From assembly GCA_965153285.1 (NCBI GenBank), contig OZ229110.1: a DNA stretch of 64,000 bases. One strand, written 5' to 3'. Position numbers and translations under genes: made by a program. The notes beneath the pieces were generated by a model. The model saw only the letters and a list, made by a program, of their open reading frames with translations. It was not told the DNA's origin and made no database searches. Source of the DNA: Podarcis tiliguerta. Lineage: Eukaryota. Below, piece after piece: positions 10,164 through 23,400 of the stretch. Positions within the stretch are counted from its first letter, which is position 1. The number at the start of each line of letters is the position of its first letter.

Positions 10164-12326
10164 CTAGAAGAATAAATTCCAACAAGACAAAAACAAAAAC
10201 AACAAAAAGAGAGAGGAATATTAGCACAAAAGGAAGAAAGGGAAAGAGGTTTTGTATGTTACGATGCCACAGCAAATTAGAATGTTCTAAGTGGAAAAAA
10301 GGTCTACAACGGAGTTAGACAGCTTCAAAATTTCTTTCAACTCCTGTGGTTTTCACTGGAGAAACATTTAACGTCAGTTCCAACTTCTTTGTTTTGTGGT
10401 TTCTTATCCATACAGTGGTTGCATGAGAACCATTTTCCATAGGAATGCAAACTGACAAGGATCTTGAACAAATGGGTAAGTTGGCATGCCGTTGCAGATC
10501 CATGACCATAAAACAAACTTGATAGGTGCCATTCCCAAACCAAAACAATCTGAGGAACTGCAGATACTAGAACCCAAGTTTTGCTCTGAGTGGTGAACCA
10601 ACCATTGAAATGGATCTGGGAAAGATTTAAATACATGGGTCTACCTATTTCTGGGGTGGATACGGAGGGCAGAGAACAACTGAGAGCATTCTGGTGAAAA
10701 TGCTTTTATTTAGGACAACAAACCTCCTCAGCTGCCATAGCCCAAGGTGGGTAGGAATTGTATCATTCCTACATTCTGTAGAAGGCTCAGCACATCTTTT
10801 CCAAGAAAAGGTAAATGTAGTAATATAGCTACAGCAGCAGTAGTATAGCACAAAAAGCTCATACTATCATCAATTATACAAGAAAAAGTGACATATCCAT
10901 TTTGTCTTTGTTTAGCTCCTGGTGCCTACCTTCTAACTTGCCCTTACTCATCAGATCAAAATTGTGGTAGTAAGTAAGATCAATGAAAATAGCTCACTTT
11001 TGCAATCAAAATAAATATAGGGTGACAAAATTAAACTGGATTACTTAGTCATCATAACTGTTATGGCTATGTCCAGAAAGGAACAACAGATACTAAATCT
11101 TAGGGCCAAACTACACGTGAGGTTAAGAACATCATTAAATGCATCTTTGCAGCTAATGTGCAGGTTTCTAAAAATACAAATTACATCATATTGATAATTA
11201 ATGGGAACAGAGTAGATATGAAGAGGGAATTTAAGTCTTTCATCTTCTGCAATCCTAAAGAAAATCTCTCTTCTGAAGTTGGTATTTGCTTTGGGGGAAA
11301 GCTCCATGGGCATTAGTGGAATAGTTTCCTCCACATCAAATACCAGCAACACAGAAAGGATTTTTCTCAGGACTGCAGCAGAGGCTTAAATTCCATATTC
11401 TGGTCTGTCCTGGTCCAGTTAATTATTTGTTAATTAAACCAGATAATGCAATCTGCATTTATTTTAACGGCACATTAAATGTCATATGTAGTTTGGCCCC
11501 TAGTATTTCAAAGTACTTAAGATGCATTATCTCAGTAATTACCAATAGGCCAGTATTACTGTCCACATGTTAAAAAGGGACGAATGAAGTGGATTGATAA
11601 TGGCTTGCCTAAGATTATCTAGCAAATCTGTGGCTGAGGTGAGATTTGAACTAAATCCTTCCCAACTCACATCTCTCCCCATGTCTCGGGCACTATGCTT
11701 TATGTTGAGTTCTTATGCCTTGATCTATGAAATTATAACCTACACTAATTTATTGGCTTAATACAGTACTGAAAAGTAATGTACTGATGTGATCCTAGCT
11801 GAGATCTAAATGGCAGAACAGGATGCCCATTGAATGGATGGACACGACAAGGCATGCTGCTCTTTTCAAGTATGGTTTAACAGGAAATAAAGCATGTTCT
11901 TCATAGTTGCCACATTATGTCAAGGTGTATGCCAAGCCTCTTATTCATGGCTATACTTCTCACTGGTGAAATCAGACCTGTGACGATCCAGTTCATATAT
12001 GAGGTGGTTTGTTATTCACCCGTCTGAAAATCTAGGCACTTTTCATCATACATGTTTGGGAGCCCACAGTTAAGAAATTTTTTAAAGGATGACAGGCACA
12101 GTGATCACAGCCATCTTCTGAACTCCATTAATTCATGCTTGCACAACGTCTCCATCAATCCTTATTTACCTCATAGGAATGTCAAACTGAACAAAAATAA
12201 GTTATCCTGAATGACACTTGAACTCAGTGGGAATAATTCACAGTGAAACATGTCATGATTAAGCTACCGATTATATAAACCACAGTATGTATCACAAAGG
12301 TCTTCTGGGGGGGAGGGGAATCTCAC

Positions 12327-12791
12327 CTCTCTGACAATGTTGTCTTTACACTGTTGGTTCTAACAAAGGGAGTCAGCGAGTCATCTTTAGAAGCTGCAAT
12401 CAAGCCACTGGACGAGTTGTGGCTCAGGCCGCCTCCACTGCTGAGTGAAATATCTATGGATTCACAACTGGTGTGCAGGCTGCTAACAGACTGGTATCCA
12501 ATCCCATCCTTGCTAACAGCAGAAGAACTACTGGCATTAGTGCCCCAGGTTAAGCTGTTGGAAGGAGCCGAATGAGCTGAACTGGGACTAGAAGCTAATG
12601 GAGACTGGTTCATGTCTGCATTCTTGCTATAAAGGGGACTACTACCACCACTGCTCAGTATGCCACTGCCAGGAGAATCCAGGTTCCCCTGTTGGTTCAT
12701 GGTTGCATGTGGGTTGGAGATGACCACTGAATTTTTCATGCTTTCTGCAGTTGTGATGGGAGCTTGTTTACTTGGCTTTCCACCAAAAAGT
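12327..12791 (-). CDS. NAV2: NAV2 coding exon (465 nt, phase 2/2): (R)LFGGKPSKQAPITTAESMKNSVVISNPH...VRTNSVKTTLSE(S)
   Basis: cttcttcag|A CTT TTT GGT GGA AAG...TCA GAG AG|gtgaga; contains ORF 12323..12739. Confidence 0.95.
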
Positions 12792-13548
12792 CTGAAGAAG
12801 GGAAGAAAAGGAAAGAAAGTCAGGAAACATACTAAGAACCTTTGAGTTTAAACTTTTTTTTCATATTTTACTTGGCTCAAACACATTTGGGAGAAATCCT
12901 TATTTGTCAGATTAACGGGATACATTAGAGATTATTTCGTTCTGATCTATACTGTGTGTAGATGAACATCCACACAGTATAACCTCAGAATAGGCAAATT
13001 GGTGTCAGTGCAAATACGTAAGTATTCATATTAACATACTTTTCAGGATGTGTATCATGTACTTTCTCCTAGATTCATGTTGGGCAAGTCACTGTCCCAC
13101 TTAATATGGGGGGGGGGCAAGGGGGAGGAAATGGGCACCAAGCACACCTATAAGTATATGCAATCTTGGCTAGGATCACCAGAATGACTGTTTCTAGCTA
13201 TGAACAGGTCTGCAATGACAGTGTTTTAGCAAATCTGGCTGCAAAATGTGTATTCTTCTTACAAAAGGAAAGGAAAATTTCATTTTCAGAAGAGGTCATC
13301 TTTTGGATTTCATCCAGAATGGCAGTGTAACGGAGGATTTATTGTGGCTAAAGTCGTTCCCAGAGAATATTTCATTCAGTGTTTCATTCTGTTTTTACAC
13401 TGTTTTTACACTGTTTTTATGGCTTTATGCCATGAAGCTGTCTATACATCATCATCATCATCATCTCTGTTTCAATAATGTCAAAGTCAGAATATAACCC
13501 CCCCTGAACTCCTTTCAGACACTGCACAATTGAACAAGCTCTACATAC

Positions 13549-14251
13549 CTGCGCAAGGTAGGGGAGGCTACATCTGGATACTTGACTCCTTGCTGGTGAG
13601 CACTCTGGGATGCACTTGAAGCCGGCTGAGATGCTGGGTTCATTTTAACAGAATTACAAGAGATTACACTTTCGTTGTCTGATGAGATCCCTTTCTCTTT
13701 ATCTGTTTGGTTGACTAAACCTGGCAGAGAGCTCCCAAGGGCAACTTTGGCTGGCTCTCTCATCTTAGGAACAGGCAAGCCTGCTGACTTGCTACTTATG
13801 TTGGAATCTATGCTGCTGGTGCTAGATCTATTGCCAGCTCCGCTTCTGCTGCTGGATTTGCTGGGCCTGGGTAAACTCCGGTACTGAAGATTGCTTCGAG
13901 TACTAATGGCTAAGTAACCATCGTCCTGATTCTGCGAGCCATCAACACTAGTCTTCCGACCAGTAGACCTTCCCATAAGTCCAGATGACTTGGGGATTTT
14001 GCCCAGGGTAGCTGATCTACTAGTGATAGTTGCCCCACTAGCTGTTATTATGGTCATGCCTACAGCTGACCCACTCTGTTTTTTAAATCCAAATGCATTT
14101 GTGTTAGCAGCAGCTGTTCTAGAGTTATTTGCAGAAGGTTTCTTTGATTCATCACCACTGCTCCGTCCTGCATCTGATGGGGAACGTTTAATGTGTCCGG
14201 ATTTGGGAGAAATTCTACCCTTTTCCGATACCTTGGCATCATCAGTTTTCC
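13549..14251 (-). CDS. NAV2: NAV2 coding exon (703 nt, phase 1/2): (G)KTDDAKVSEKGRISPK...SATLGKIPKSS...LQYRSLPRPSK...YPDVASPTLR(R)
   Basis: ttttcctag|GG AAA ACT GAT GAT...TTG CGC AG|gtatgt; contains ORF 13515..14057; open frame of 2+699+2 nt. Confidence 0.95.
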
Positions 14252-14496
14252 CTAGGAAAAAAGGAAAGTAAGTTCAAATATTGCGTGGGACCAAACACTG
14301 TGCACATTAGTATAAAGAAGTGATGAAAAAGCTTAAAACATGAAACACAAGAGTATGTGGAAGCATTCTCACTTTGCTTAATTTCTAGAAATCAATAGCA
14401 CTATGCACAGGAATGACAGGATAATATAACTGCTGTGTTTAAAAGTGAAATTTGAGCACGTGGGCCCAATGATTTAAACCAAGTGAACAGGGTATC

Positions 14497-14740
14497 CTTA
14501 GGGCAGATGCGGCAAAACTTTGCCTCTCAGGTGTTGCTGAACTACAACTCCCATTGGCCCCAGCAAGTACAGCCAATGGCCAGGGATGATAGGAACAGTA
14601 GCCCAAAGGTTCCCCACACTTACCCAAGGGCAATGCTATTTTTCTAGAAAATGAGGTGCCGGAACTAACCATGAATACCTCCACCTGAGAGGTGCCAGAA
14701 CTTAGTATCACTGAGTTCCAGGTGAAAAAAAGCCCTGCCC
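14497..14740. mobile_element. Two adjacent degraded MITE relics
   Basis: gttgctgaactacaactcccat...cagggatgatagga...aggttcccca resembles 48931-49061; it is followed by a piece with duplicated gaggtgcc(g/a)gaact and a terminus aaaaaaagccctg. Confidence 0.5.
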
Positions 14741-15039
14741 TAGGGTATGAAAAATTGGGGCAACTGGAGGTGGTTGTGCAAGAATGAGGCAAGGCAGTGC
14801 ATCAACCACAGTGGTCCCCACCAGCCACACCCCTCCTCTCCTCACCCCCATCTCTTAGTTTAAAGTTGTTCTGTCCATACTAACATGCCAGCAGACCTGG
14901 TACTCTCACTCTCCCTTGCTCTGAAGAGGGGGTGCATCCTAAGTGCAAGGCATTCTGGGTGATGTGGGCCACAGAGGGCCTGTGCTGCTACTGTTTCACA
15001 GTGGTAGTTAGAAAATACTTTTTTGCACTTAGTTTTGAA

Positions 15040-15386
15040 CAGGGGTCGGCAAATTATGATCCGTGGGCCAGACATGGCCCATGGGGGGTCATTAAACCGG
15101 CCCCTTGCCCTTGCCGCCCGCTCAGTCAGTCCCCGCGTGGAGATAAACCAGCGTGGTGTGCCAGTTTAGCTCCGCATGGGAGTGACTTCCAGGACGTAGC
15201 CACGGCTTCCTATTGGTTGCAGGAAGCTTCTGCAGCCAATAGGAAGCCGCAGATGCCACCTCCTCCCTTGCCATGGCTCCGAAAGCCTGCGGGGAAAGAG
15301 CAGTGGGCGGACACACATTTGCATGAGCGCGCACACTCCCACGCGCGGGCGATCCGGCCCGCCGACGGAAAGTTTGCCGACTCCTG
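15040..15386. mobile_element. hAT (Charlie-like) MITE, 347 bp, with internal hairpin module
   Basis: TIR caggggtcggcaaa...tttgccgactcctg; 8-bp TSD gttttgaa/gtttagaa; subterminal ggccc repeats; palindrome at 15203-15249. Confidence 0.85.
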
Positions 15387-15942
15387 GTTTAGAACCTCAA
15401 AGTTACTTTTAAATTAAGGGTACCGATACACCAGGCTAAAGGTGCCTAGACACTCAGTTTCTCCTACTATATTTCATTTGCAATGGGATGCAGTGTTAAG
15501 AAACGTGCAGGGACAATTAGTTATCACAGCTGGATATGATGATTGCAAGGCGATAGGTTGCCTATGCAACTTAGACACGTTTTCTAATTAAGTAGATTGT
15601 GATTTTAGCAAATAACAAGCTGGTCTTAACTAAGCATTCAAAGGTGCCTTCAGATTTATTTACGCTTTCAAGAAAACACATGAGTTCTACTGCTTAGCAC
15701 ATACATCATCCATTCAAGAGGCAAATTTCACCCCAGTTACAAGACACTATTGAGTCGACATCATTGTTGGCAGGACCTCTTTAGTTTGGCACTGGTACAC
15801 AAGGGCAGAGATTTATTGCACAGTTCTCCATCAAAGACAAGCATAGATCAAAATGCTGTTGAAATCCTGACAGAGGAAATTTTCTTCTAACTGCACAAAT
15901 TCTTGGCCTGCATTGCTTGTCTGTTGGCTGTGCATTCCTCAC

Positions 15943-16234
15943 CTGTTCCAGGTGTCTTCAAAGTTCCTGAGGTGGCTGCCGTTTTTGTCCTTGGTGTGGT
16001 AATGCCAACCTGAGCTGACATGCCCCGTCTCCAGGAACCCGTCTGCGAAATGACTGTGTTCTTCCTCCCCGAATTGCTTTTATCAGATTCATCAGACACA
16101 TCAGAGGGATTCCTTCTCCATTTAGACCCAGGCTCCATCTTCACACCACTGTCTGAGCCACCATCGGATTTCTTGATTTCGTCGCCAGACCACAAGGAAT
16201 TCCGCTCCACTTGGGAATGCTTTTCAGCATCAGT
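15943..16234 (-). CDS. NAV2: NAV2 coding exon (292 nt, phase 0/1): TDAEKHSQVERNSLWSGDEIKKSDGGSDSGVKMEPGSKWRRNPSD...TLKTPGT(G)
   Basis: ctcttcag|ACT GAT GCT GAA...GGA ACA G|gtgagg; overlaps ORF 15887..16210. Confidence 0.95.
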
Positions 16235-17634
16235 CTGAAGAGAAAAAGGAAATCATAAACTTGTAAACTTTTTCTTCTCCCAGCATGAAAAATTTAACCC
16301 TTGAAAACTTCACTAATTATTTAAAGACCTCACTAGGGACTTTTTACTTAGCTATTTTTGTCTCCTTTACAATTTTTTTTAAAAAAATCAATTCTAAATA
16401 CAAACAATAATTAAGCTAAATCACATTTTCTGTAAATTCATTTCTAATGCATTTAAGCAAAAAAGTCACTAAATAAAAGACATAAAAATAAGATTTATAA
16501 AGGTGAGAAATCAACTGATTCATCCTGAGCTTCCTCACAATATCTTTTACTGCAAGACAGGAACCCACTTCAAATCTGTGTTGTGAGCTTCTTCCTTTGT
16601 TCTGCTTTCCTATCTCCTTACTGGCAATGTGATCTGTGGAGTATGAAGAAGCAGCTTTTCGCAAGACTGAAATGTGTGCTTCCTGCACACCCACAGCCTC
16701 ACTCTAACTTTATCATCAACTGAGGTGAGAAATTTTCAGAAGTGGCAATGCTTCACATCTGATGACTAAATTTAAATTTGTGATTACCTAGAATTTCCTA
16801 AAAGCCTGGTTTATTTATTCCTCACAATTAATTATCTCCCCTTTTCCTCCAAATGTATGCTACAAGCTAGGACCCTTCAAGTACAATATTATTATTTTTT
16901 TTCTTCATATGATGACCAAGGGAAGGGACTCTTTTCTGGGATGTATTCTTTATCTGCACTCTTTTGTTTCACTTGCACTGGCTTCACCATCCATCCGAAA
17001 TGATTTGCAATTCAAATCCCACACATGGAGACTGACATCCACAAATGCCAAAATAGCTGAAAAAGCTGTGAACCTGCTACACATATGGGAACCCAAAATT
17101 GCAGGCACTGGGGGAATCTGTGTCTTTGGGCACTCTATTTATTCCTTATCCTGCTGAGTGGGTCCTTTTATTTCCTGCCCTGTTTACATAAATAAAACAT
17201 TTCAAAATGCAAAATAGGCAACGTTTTTCTTCAGACATGAGGCATGATCTTACAAACTAAAGGTGACCTGGGCTCATGTTTCATGGGTGGGGGAGCATTT
17301 TCTGCCATTTTCAGATGCAGAAGAAGAGCAACTGCCACATTTTCAGAGGGGTGGAATGACAGAGGCTTCTATTTTCCTTTTTTAAATAAAACATTTTTTA
17401 AAAAATAATTCTGCCACAGCAGCTACACTCCTCCAAACAGCCTGTGAGGAGCATCCCTGTAATGTATCACCTGAAAACATGACATCATGGTGTATAATTG
17501 TTCTGAGTGCACTGGTGAGGGGAAGTATTCAAGGTGACCCTCTTTTGCCCAATGAACAGCAGCCATTTCCATTCAAGGAAGAGAAGCTGCACTCACAGAA
17601 GGACTCGTTCCGTTGAGTGCAATTCTTGAAAATA

Positions 17635-17860
17635 CAGTGGTAACTCGGGTTACATATGCTTCAGGTTACAGACTCCGCTAACCCGGAAATAGTACCTCAG
17701 GTTAAGAACTTTGCTTCAGGATGAGAACAGAAATCGTGCAGCGGCGGCAAGGCAGCAGCAGGAGGCCCCATTAGCTAAAGTGGTGCTTCAGGTTAAGAAC
17801 AGTTTCAGGTTAAGAACTGACCTCCGGAACGAATTAAGTACTTAACCCAAGGTACCACTG
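17635..17860. mobile_element. Tc1/mariner-type MITE, family A (226 bp)
   Basis: TA|cagtggtaactcgggtta...taacccaaggtaccactg|TA: ~18-bp TIRs, TA target duplication, internal TTCAGGTTA repeats. Opposite orientation to the other three copies. Confidence 0.9.
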
Positions 17861-18304
17861 TATAATGAAAATGCTAGATGCAACCCACAGTCCCACTGAT
17901 GCTAAACCTCACAGTGTAATCATACAAATTCGGCAAACTGAGTGAAGGTGCACATGCCCCGAGGTGAGGCGAGAGGCTTCCCTCCAGAAACTTAGCTTAC
18001 TTCAGCAACCCTTATTCCGTTGGATTAGTTTTTATTCTGCAGGTCTTCAAACTGTGGTATTTTAATAAACATGACCTTGCCTTGACATGCTGTGGCTTGT
18101 TTCCTTTTTTGGGGTGTGGGGGCAGTGGTGCTTCTGTTTCTAGCAGGCATGGGTTTGGCCCACCCATCCCTCACCTAGGAAGAGACGTGATTTGTTTTCT
18201 CCTGGGGTTAAAGGTTGCTAGCTCACCTGGGCTGGAATGCTCAGTTAGGAAGGGGAAGACTGACTGGATTCATCAATGTCATTCTTCCCCCTGCTCATCC
18301 TTAA

Positions 18305-18517
18305 TTAATTAATCAACCTTTATATACCACTTAAGGAGCCCAAGGTACTGTACATGGTTCCGCTTCTTCCCTTTTCATCTTCACAAAAATCCCTGTGCGG
18401 TATGTTAAGCTGAGAGGCAGTGGCTGGTCCAGTGAGCTTCACGGCTGAGTGAGGATTCGAACCCTGGTCTCCCGGGTCATAGTTCAATGCTCTAACCATT
18501 ACACCACACTAGCTCTC
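18305..18517 (-). mobile_element. tRNA-derived MIR/CORE-like squamate SINE
   Basis: Minus strand has A-box tggtgtaatggttagagc, B-box ggttcgaatcc and core acataccgcacagggatttttgtgaagatgaaa. Degraded relatives near 7108-7230, 40660-40770, 49285-49410 and 58030-58160. Confidence 0.75.
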
Positions 18518-20313
18518 CTTTATCTTCATGGTGCGTGGCCTCCTGCCCTCTTTTTCACAGCCTGGGCTTGTGCTAGCTGCTTTTCTTGAGGAATTGCATA
18601 GGAATTTTGTGGGGAGCCCCAGATTGGCATCTGGGACTCCTCTTCTTATTGTTACATTTCCTCAACTTGCCGTGTCTCAATTCTTCTGGGGTGTGGGGCA
18701 ACTAGGCACCACCAATTTAAAACACACATGAAAACTCTTGATGCACAACTAGAGGCAAAACTCTTTAACGCAGCCACAGCTATGCACTTCATGGCAAGAG
18801 AACAAAGAGTAACACTTCATGGCAACTGCACTGTTATATTAAAAACTGCTATTAAAATATTTTCACGTTTCAATTAAAAGAAAAGAAAAGAAAAGAAGGA
18901 AGTGAAATAATAGCTGCACAGAAATGTTTACGAAACAGCAACGGTTAGAAAGCATGGACAAATTGCCTTTGACTTGTGAAAACTCCTAAATTATTGCATT
19001 CTTCAAAGAAGTTTTAGATGTAATCAGGTTGTATCCACTTTGGAAAGCAAAAGAGAATGCAAATTCTTACAGCTCATCTTGGGGACAGAAAACTTCCAAA
19101 TTACATACTGATGTAAAATTCTTTACTGTTTTTGGATCTGTTGGCTAGAAACACTGGATGCTCCTAGAATGCCACCTACAGACATTAAATATAAATTTCT
19201 TGTGAAACGCTGCCAAAAGACTGGATGGCTAGTAACAACATGCAACCTTGGAAAATAATAGTGCATTTCATTAAGTAGACACGTTTACATTTCTGCTGAA
19301 AGTGTAATCATCTTTACACTTTTATTTGAACTAAATTAAAAATCCATTCCTTAATTAATAGTAGATTATACAGTTTCAGTGACAAAGAAAGAAAAAGAAC
19401 TATTTGTTAGATGTGTGTGGTCTTACTCTTTTTTCAAGTTCAGCACCTAATTGTTACATTTCTATGGAAGCTGAAAAGCCACCGATCCTCAGCACAGACA
19501 AAGGTTGCTGTGTCTTTCAACTCTCAATGCTGGGACACTGCCTTGAGACAGACTGCAATAGGTGAAGTGTGTTTTTATTTTAAAATAGTTGGCCTTGCAT
19601 GTAACCTCCGTTTGTGACAACGTGAGAAAAGGATGTCTGTGTATACTTCACTCTTGGTATTTATGAGTGAAGTCTCCATGAAAAGAAAAGAAGTTTCTAA
19701 TCTTGAATATGGACCTTTGGCATGTTCACTTGTATATGTGTAGATAACACATGGGTTTGGGGGGCAGAGGAAGGAAGAATGGTCTAGTCTTACACACACA
19801 CCCCATATGTTTTGTCAACAGTCAATACTCTCTTAACCACACAGTTTAAGGCAATTCTTTCATTCATCCAGACCAATGTAAGATCATTCAGGGAAAGGAA
19901 GAATCTGCATATCAAATATTACTGAAAGCCACCTACTGTAGCGCAACATGGGCAACATATAAAATAAGCAAACATATAAAATATTGTATCAATTTTAAAA
20001 AGCACATGACAATCACCAAAACATATAGGGGCATCAACAATTCATTATTCTAGCCTGGTCGTGTCTCTGCTCTGATCTCTAGGAGCAGTCAGGAAACATC
20101 AGAATCTGGAAACAGATCTATGTTTTCTTAGAAGCAGGTCCCACTGTATGGAATGGGGTATACTCTTTAGGACGGCAGCCTTGAAATCCAGAAGCTTCAA
20201 ATGAAATAAGTCCTTAATTCTCTTTTGGTAAAGCAACACTATACACAGGCTCATGAGGCACTGAATACCTCCAACACTATTAAAACATGTCTGATATAGA
20301 AAGGAAACCTTAC

Positions 20314-20452
20314 CTGGGAATCTATATTCTTACGAGAGGATGCAGGTGTGTTGGCATAGGAGCTGATGGAGGAGCTTGTGTTAATGTCATCGGTGCTGAG
20401 GTTATCTATGGTGTCACTGATCCCACTGCTGACAGAACTGCTGTCATCCCAG
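20314..20452 (-). CDS. NAV2: NAV2 coding exon (139 nt, phase 2/0): (S)WDDSSSVSSGISDTIDNLSTDDINTSSSISSYANTPASSRKNIDSQ
   Basis: tcctcccctcag|C TGG GAT GAC...TCC CAG|gtaagg; conserved navigator-family peptide; not captured by the ORF track. Confidence 0.95.
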
Positions 20453-23400
20453 CTGAGGGGAGGAAAAAAGCCACAAAAACTTCATAACTCAAACAAACAA
20501 TAGCCACAGCTACACCAAGAAGCCAGGTGACACGCAAGGGAGCTTTAAAACATCTCAGGGTCTCACAGCAATTATTGATTTAGGCCTCTAGAAACAGCTT
20601 CAAACAGAATCAAATGTTAATTCAGGCAACTTCCCTAAGTGCTTTTTTTTAAAGAACGCTGACGTTATTGCTGTTGTAGCTTTCTTACTTTTACACAACA
20701 CAAAATCATGCTATCAGATTTTTACGCAGAAAGTGAGAGAAAAGATGACAATTTGGAGGAAGGTGGGCAATGAACTTCATTCTGGATTTTTGCTTAAGTG
20801 AAATGAACCACTTAATGAGCTTGGTATTTCTCTACAATGTTCTGGCATAGACTTACTTCTATTACCTATCAGTTATTTTATCATTTTTCAGAGTGACTTA
20901 CAGTGGTTTGTCTGTTGGGAATCCTATGAGGCAGACGATTACTAGTTACAAGTTACAGAAGGGGCAAAGAGCTAGGGGCTTGCTCCTGACCGCACAACTG
21001 AGGTGGACCAATGGCCTGACTCTGTGTGAGGCCACGGCCTATATAGCCCTCAGGAAGAGCTTCTGGAAAGAGTAACACATGAAGCAAATCTTTACTGGTT
21101 CAAAGACAAATGTGATCTCATACAGAAGGCCTCTCTGTGCAAGCCTCTGGGTGCGCTCTTATTAAGTGTACCTGACAGGATGATATGCCCTTTCATCAAC
21201 CTCTCAAGAGCTAGATATGCAGTATCACTTCTAAACTCAGTTGGGGTTGGCGGGGGGAAGGCGGAGATGAAGCAGAAATTCATTCAGGAGTTGCCAGCTG
21301 GATTCAGTTTCTAAAGTTACACCATGCGGAAAAACAAAGACTTACTATGTAAGACTTGCCTCTTCAAGCAAGAGACAATAGTGTGTTTTTTAAATCCTCC
21401 GAGCATGGAATGCAACATAGAATAAAAGCACATATGCAAAAGTTGTAACTGATAACACATGAACTGATTTAAATATGAACTACTAGTGGAGAGATTTGTA
21501 AACAGGAATATAATATTTAAAAAGTCTTCAGAGAAGGCCCTAGAGAATTATTAGGCAGTGGCCCAGCTGTTTGCAATATGTTTTGGGACATATTGCATAA
21601 AGGACAGCTGGGATAGGCACACTCTAAACTCATCCCCCTGGGGTTAAGTTTCACCAATTTCAATGGAAGTTGTGCCAGACTAAGGTCTGGTTCTGATACT
21701 GTATCTTTTATCTCCAAATCATGGCTTGGAAATGGGGCATGAGCTGCTGTCTTGCAGACTCCTCATGGCTCTCACAAAAATGCCCCCCCTACCTTCCAGT
21801 TTGCTTTAGCCGCTCTTCCAATATGTTATTTCAGTTCTGGTTCACAGTGAATGCAAAAACTGGGCCCCTGATTAGCGTCAACCATGTTTATTTTTGTTAT
21901 TAACCTTGCATTGAGCTAAACTGTGTCAGTCAGCAATAAATAATAGGATCACTATCTCCTGAACAGACACAGACGCACAATTTGGAGAGGGAGAGAGATT
22001 AACAACTAACCATAGTTAAAGCCACCAGTGAATTCTGCATGCAAGGGGGGAAAAGACTGGAGGAAAAGGACTCTACTTCCATGGTTCACATCCTTAATCA
22101 TGGTGAAAGAACTGGCAGTGTTCTTTACTTTTTACTTAGATAGCAGCCAATTAACATATTAGCTGCTGCAGAACTGAAGACAGATATAAACATAGTACAC
22201 AGTAGTTGCTTCATAATATTTCTGTGTTATTACACCATTAATAGTCCTTTCCTTCCAGCAAACATAGTCTTCCTAATGAACTGCAAACAGAATATAATCT
22301 AACCAATAGAAGAGCAAGCTCATGAAAATTATGCACAGCAAAATGTTTGATAGATCTAAGAATGCACACAAGCACTCTTTTCCTCAGTAGAAACCAACTC
22401 CAGAATGTAGTTTTATACCAATTTTAAACCACTTCATTACACATATTGTTTTAAAATTTTGCCCATGCTTCAGTTTCTCAGTGGTTGCATTCAAACGCAA
22501 ATGGAAAGGAAGGGAAATGTAACAGTCCTCCTAATTACAGCATTCTATGCTCAGTGAACAATGATAAGATCTTCGTAATTTAGTTGGGGCAATCAATAAC
22601 TTCTGATGCCAACAAAAGTCCACTCAGCCATAACTTGAGACCCTGTCTTATTTCCTTTTAGTCACTTGATCAATCAAATGAAATCTACTTTCAATGCTGG
22701 AAAATTATGTGAGTGCTGAGAGACATAGTCATTTTCCTTCCTGTTGTGGAAAGCCATTTTAAAACTGAAAATAAAGCTGAAACTCAATCTGACAGGTAAG
22801 ACATTACAATTTGAAAGAGAAGAAATGAAGCCTCATAAGATGACTGAGGTAAGTCCTCATATAGGACTGAACTTGTTTAAGAACGCAAATCTTCCCTACT
22901 CCAGCCTACAATTAAATAAAAATTGCAGGTGCCAAGTGAAGAATGAAGGATTCTGACAAATAGCACGGGCTCAATCCCAGAAGGAAGGGGGGGATTTGAC
23001 TAAATATCCAAATCTTAACCAAAACTCTTTAGGACCTCAAATATTAAATAAGAATCTATTCTGTTTCAGCCAAAATACTAGTTTCCTGTGAACTTTGGGA
23101 GCCCCCCAAAAACAATCTCAACTGGTCCTTAACAAACATTTCACTGCCAGATTCCTAGAACACAACACCAGCCACAAAAAATGGAAAGAACATTACCAGA
23201 AGGATAAAAGACATGTTTAAACATGCAGATTAGTATAGCAATCAAGGTTAAAAGCACTATCACTGGCTAGTGCATTGTTAACCAGAAGCCTTTAGCCAAG
23301 TTAGTCTTCTGCCTGCCTTACCTCTAAAACACTTAAAATTATTTGGGTCTCCAACATCATAACTGATTCTTTACATTGGTGTATTAATCAAGTCTCAAGC

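Noticed and set aside
10075-10275. ORF beginning 'MLWHRN', superficially like MLWPR
   Set aside because: It starts at TTG and runs through the polypyrimidine tract and across the exon out of frame.
13389-13419. 11-bp tandem repeat (ctgtttttaca) x about 3; also cacttcatggcaa x2 near 18785-18825
   Set aside because: Ordinary slippage duplications with no sign of function.
14932-15417. 161-aa ORF; similar long ORFs at 25282-25764 and 38532-39049
   Set aside because: They lie in GC-rich MITE or G-rich sequence that is poor in stop codons; no transposase or other protein motifs.
17635-17860. Regularly recurring TTCAGGTTA units resembling a CRISPR-like array
   Set aside because: The units are about 10 bp, irregularly spaced and bounded by TIRs and TA duplications: MITE subterminal repeats in a eukaryotic intron.
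18420-18515. tRNA-like A and B boxes (also in the Sauria SINE heads)
   Set aside because: They continue into SINE bodies and lack a full cloverleaf and terminator; not tRNA genes.
21360-21418. ATG-initiated 19-codon frame (MLHSMLGGFKKHTIVSCLK) ending at AG|gcaagt, in phase with exon 20452
   Set aside because: It needs a GC donor, while a GT donor 15 nt away is out of phase; no homology or promoter support, so chance is a sufficient explanation.
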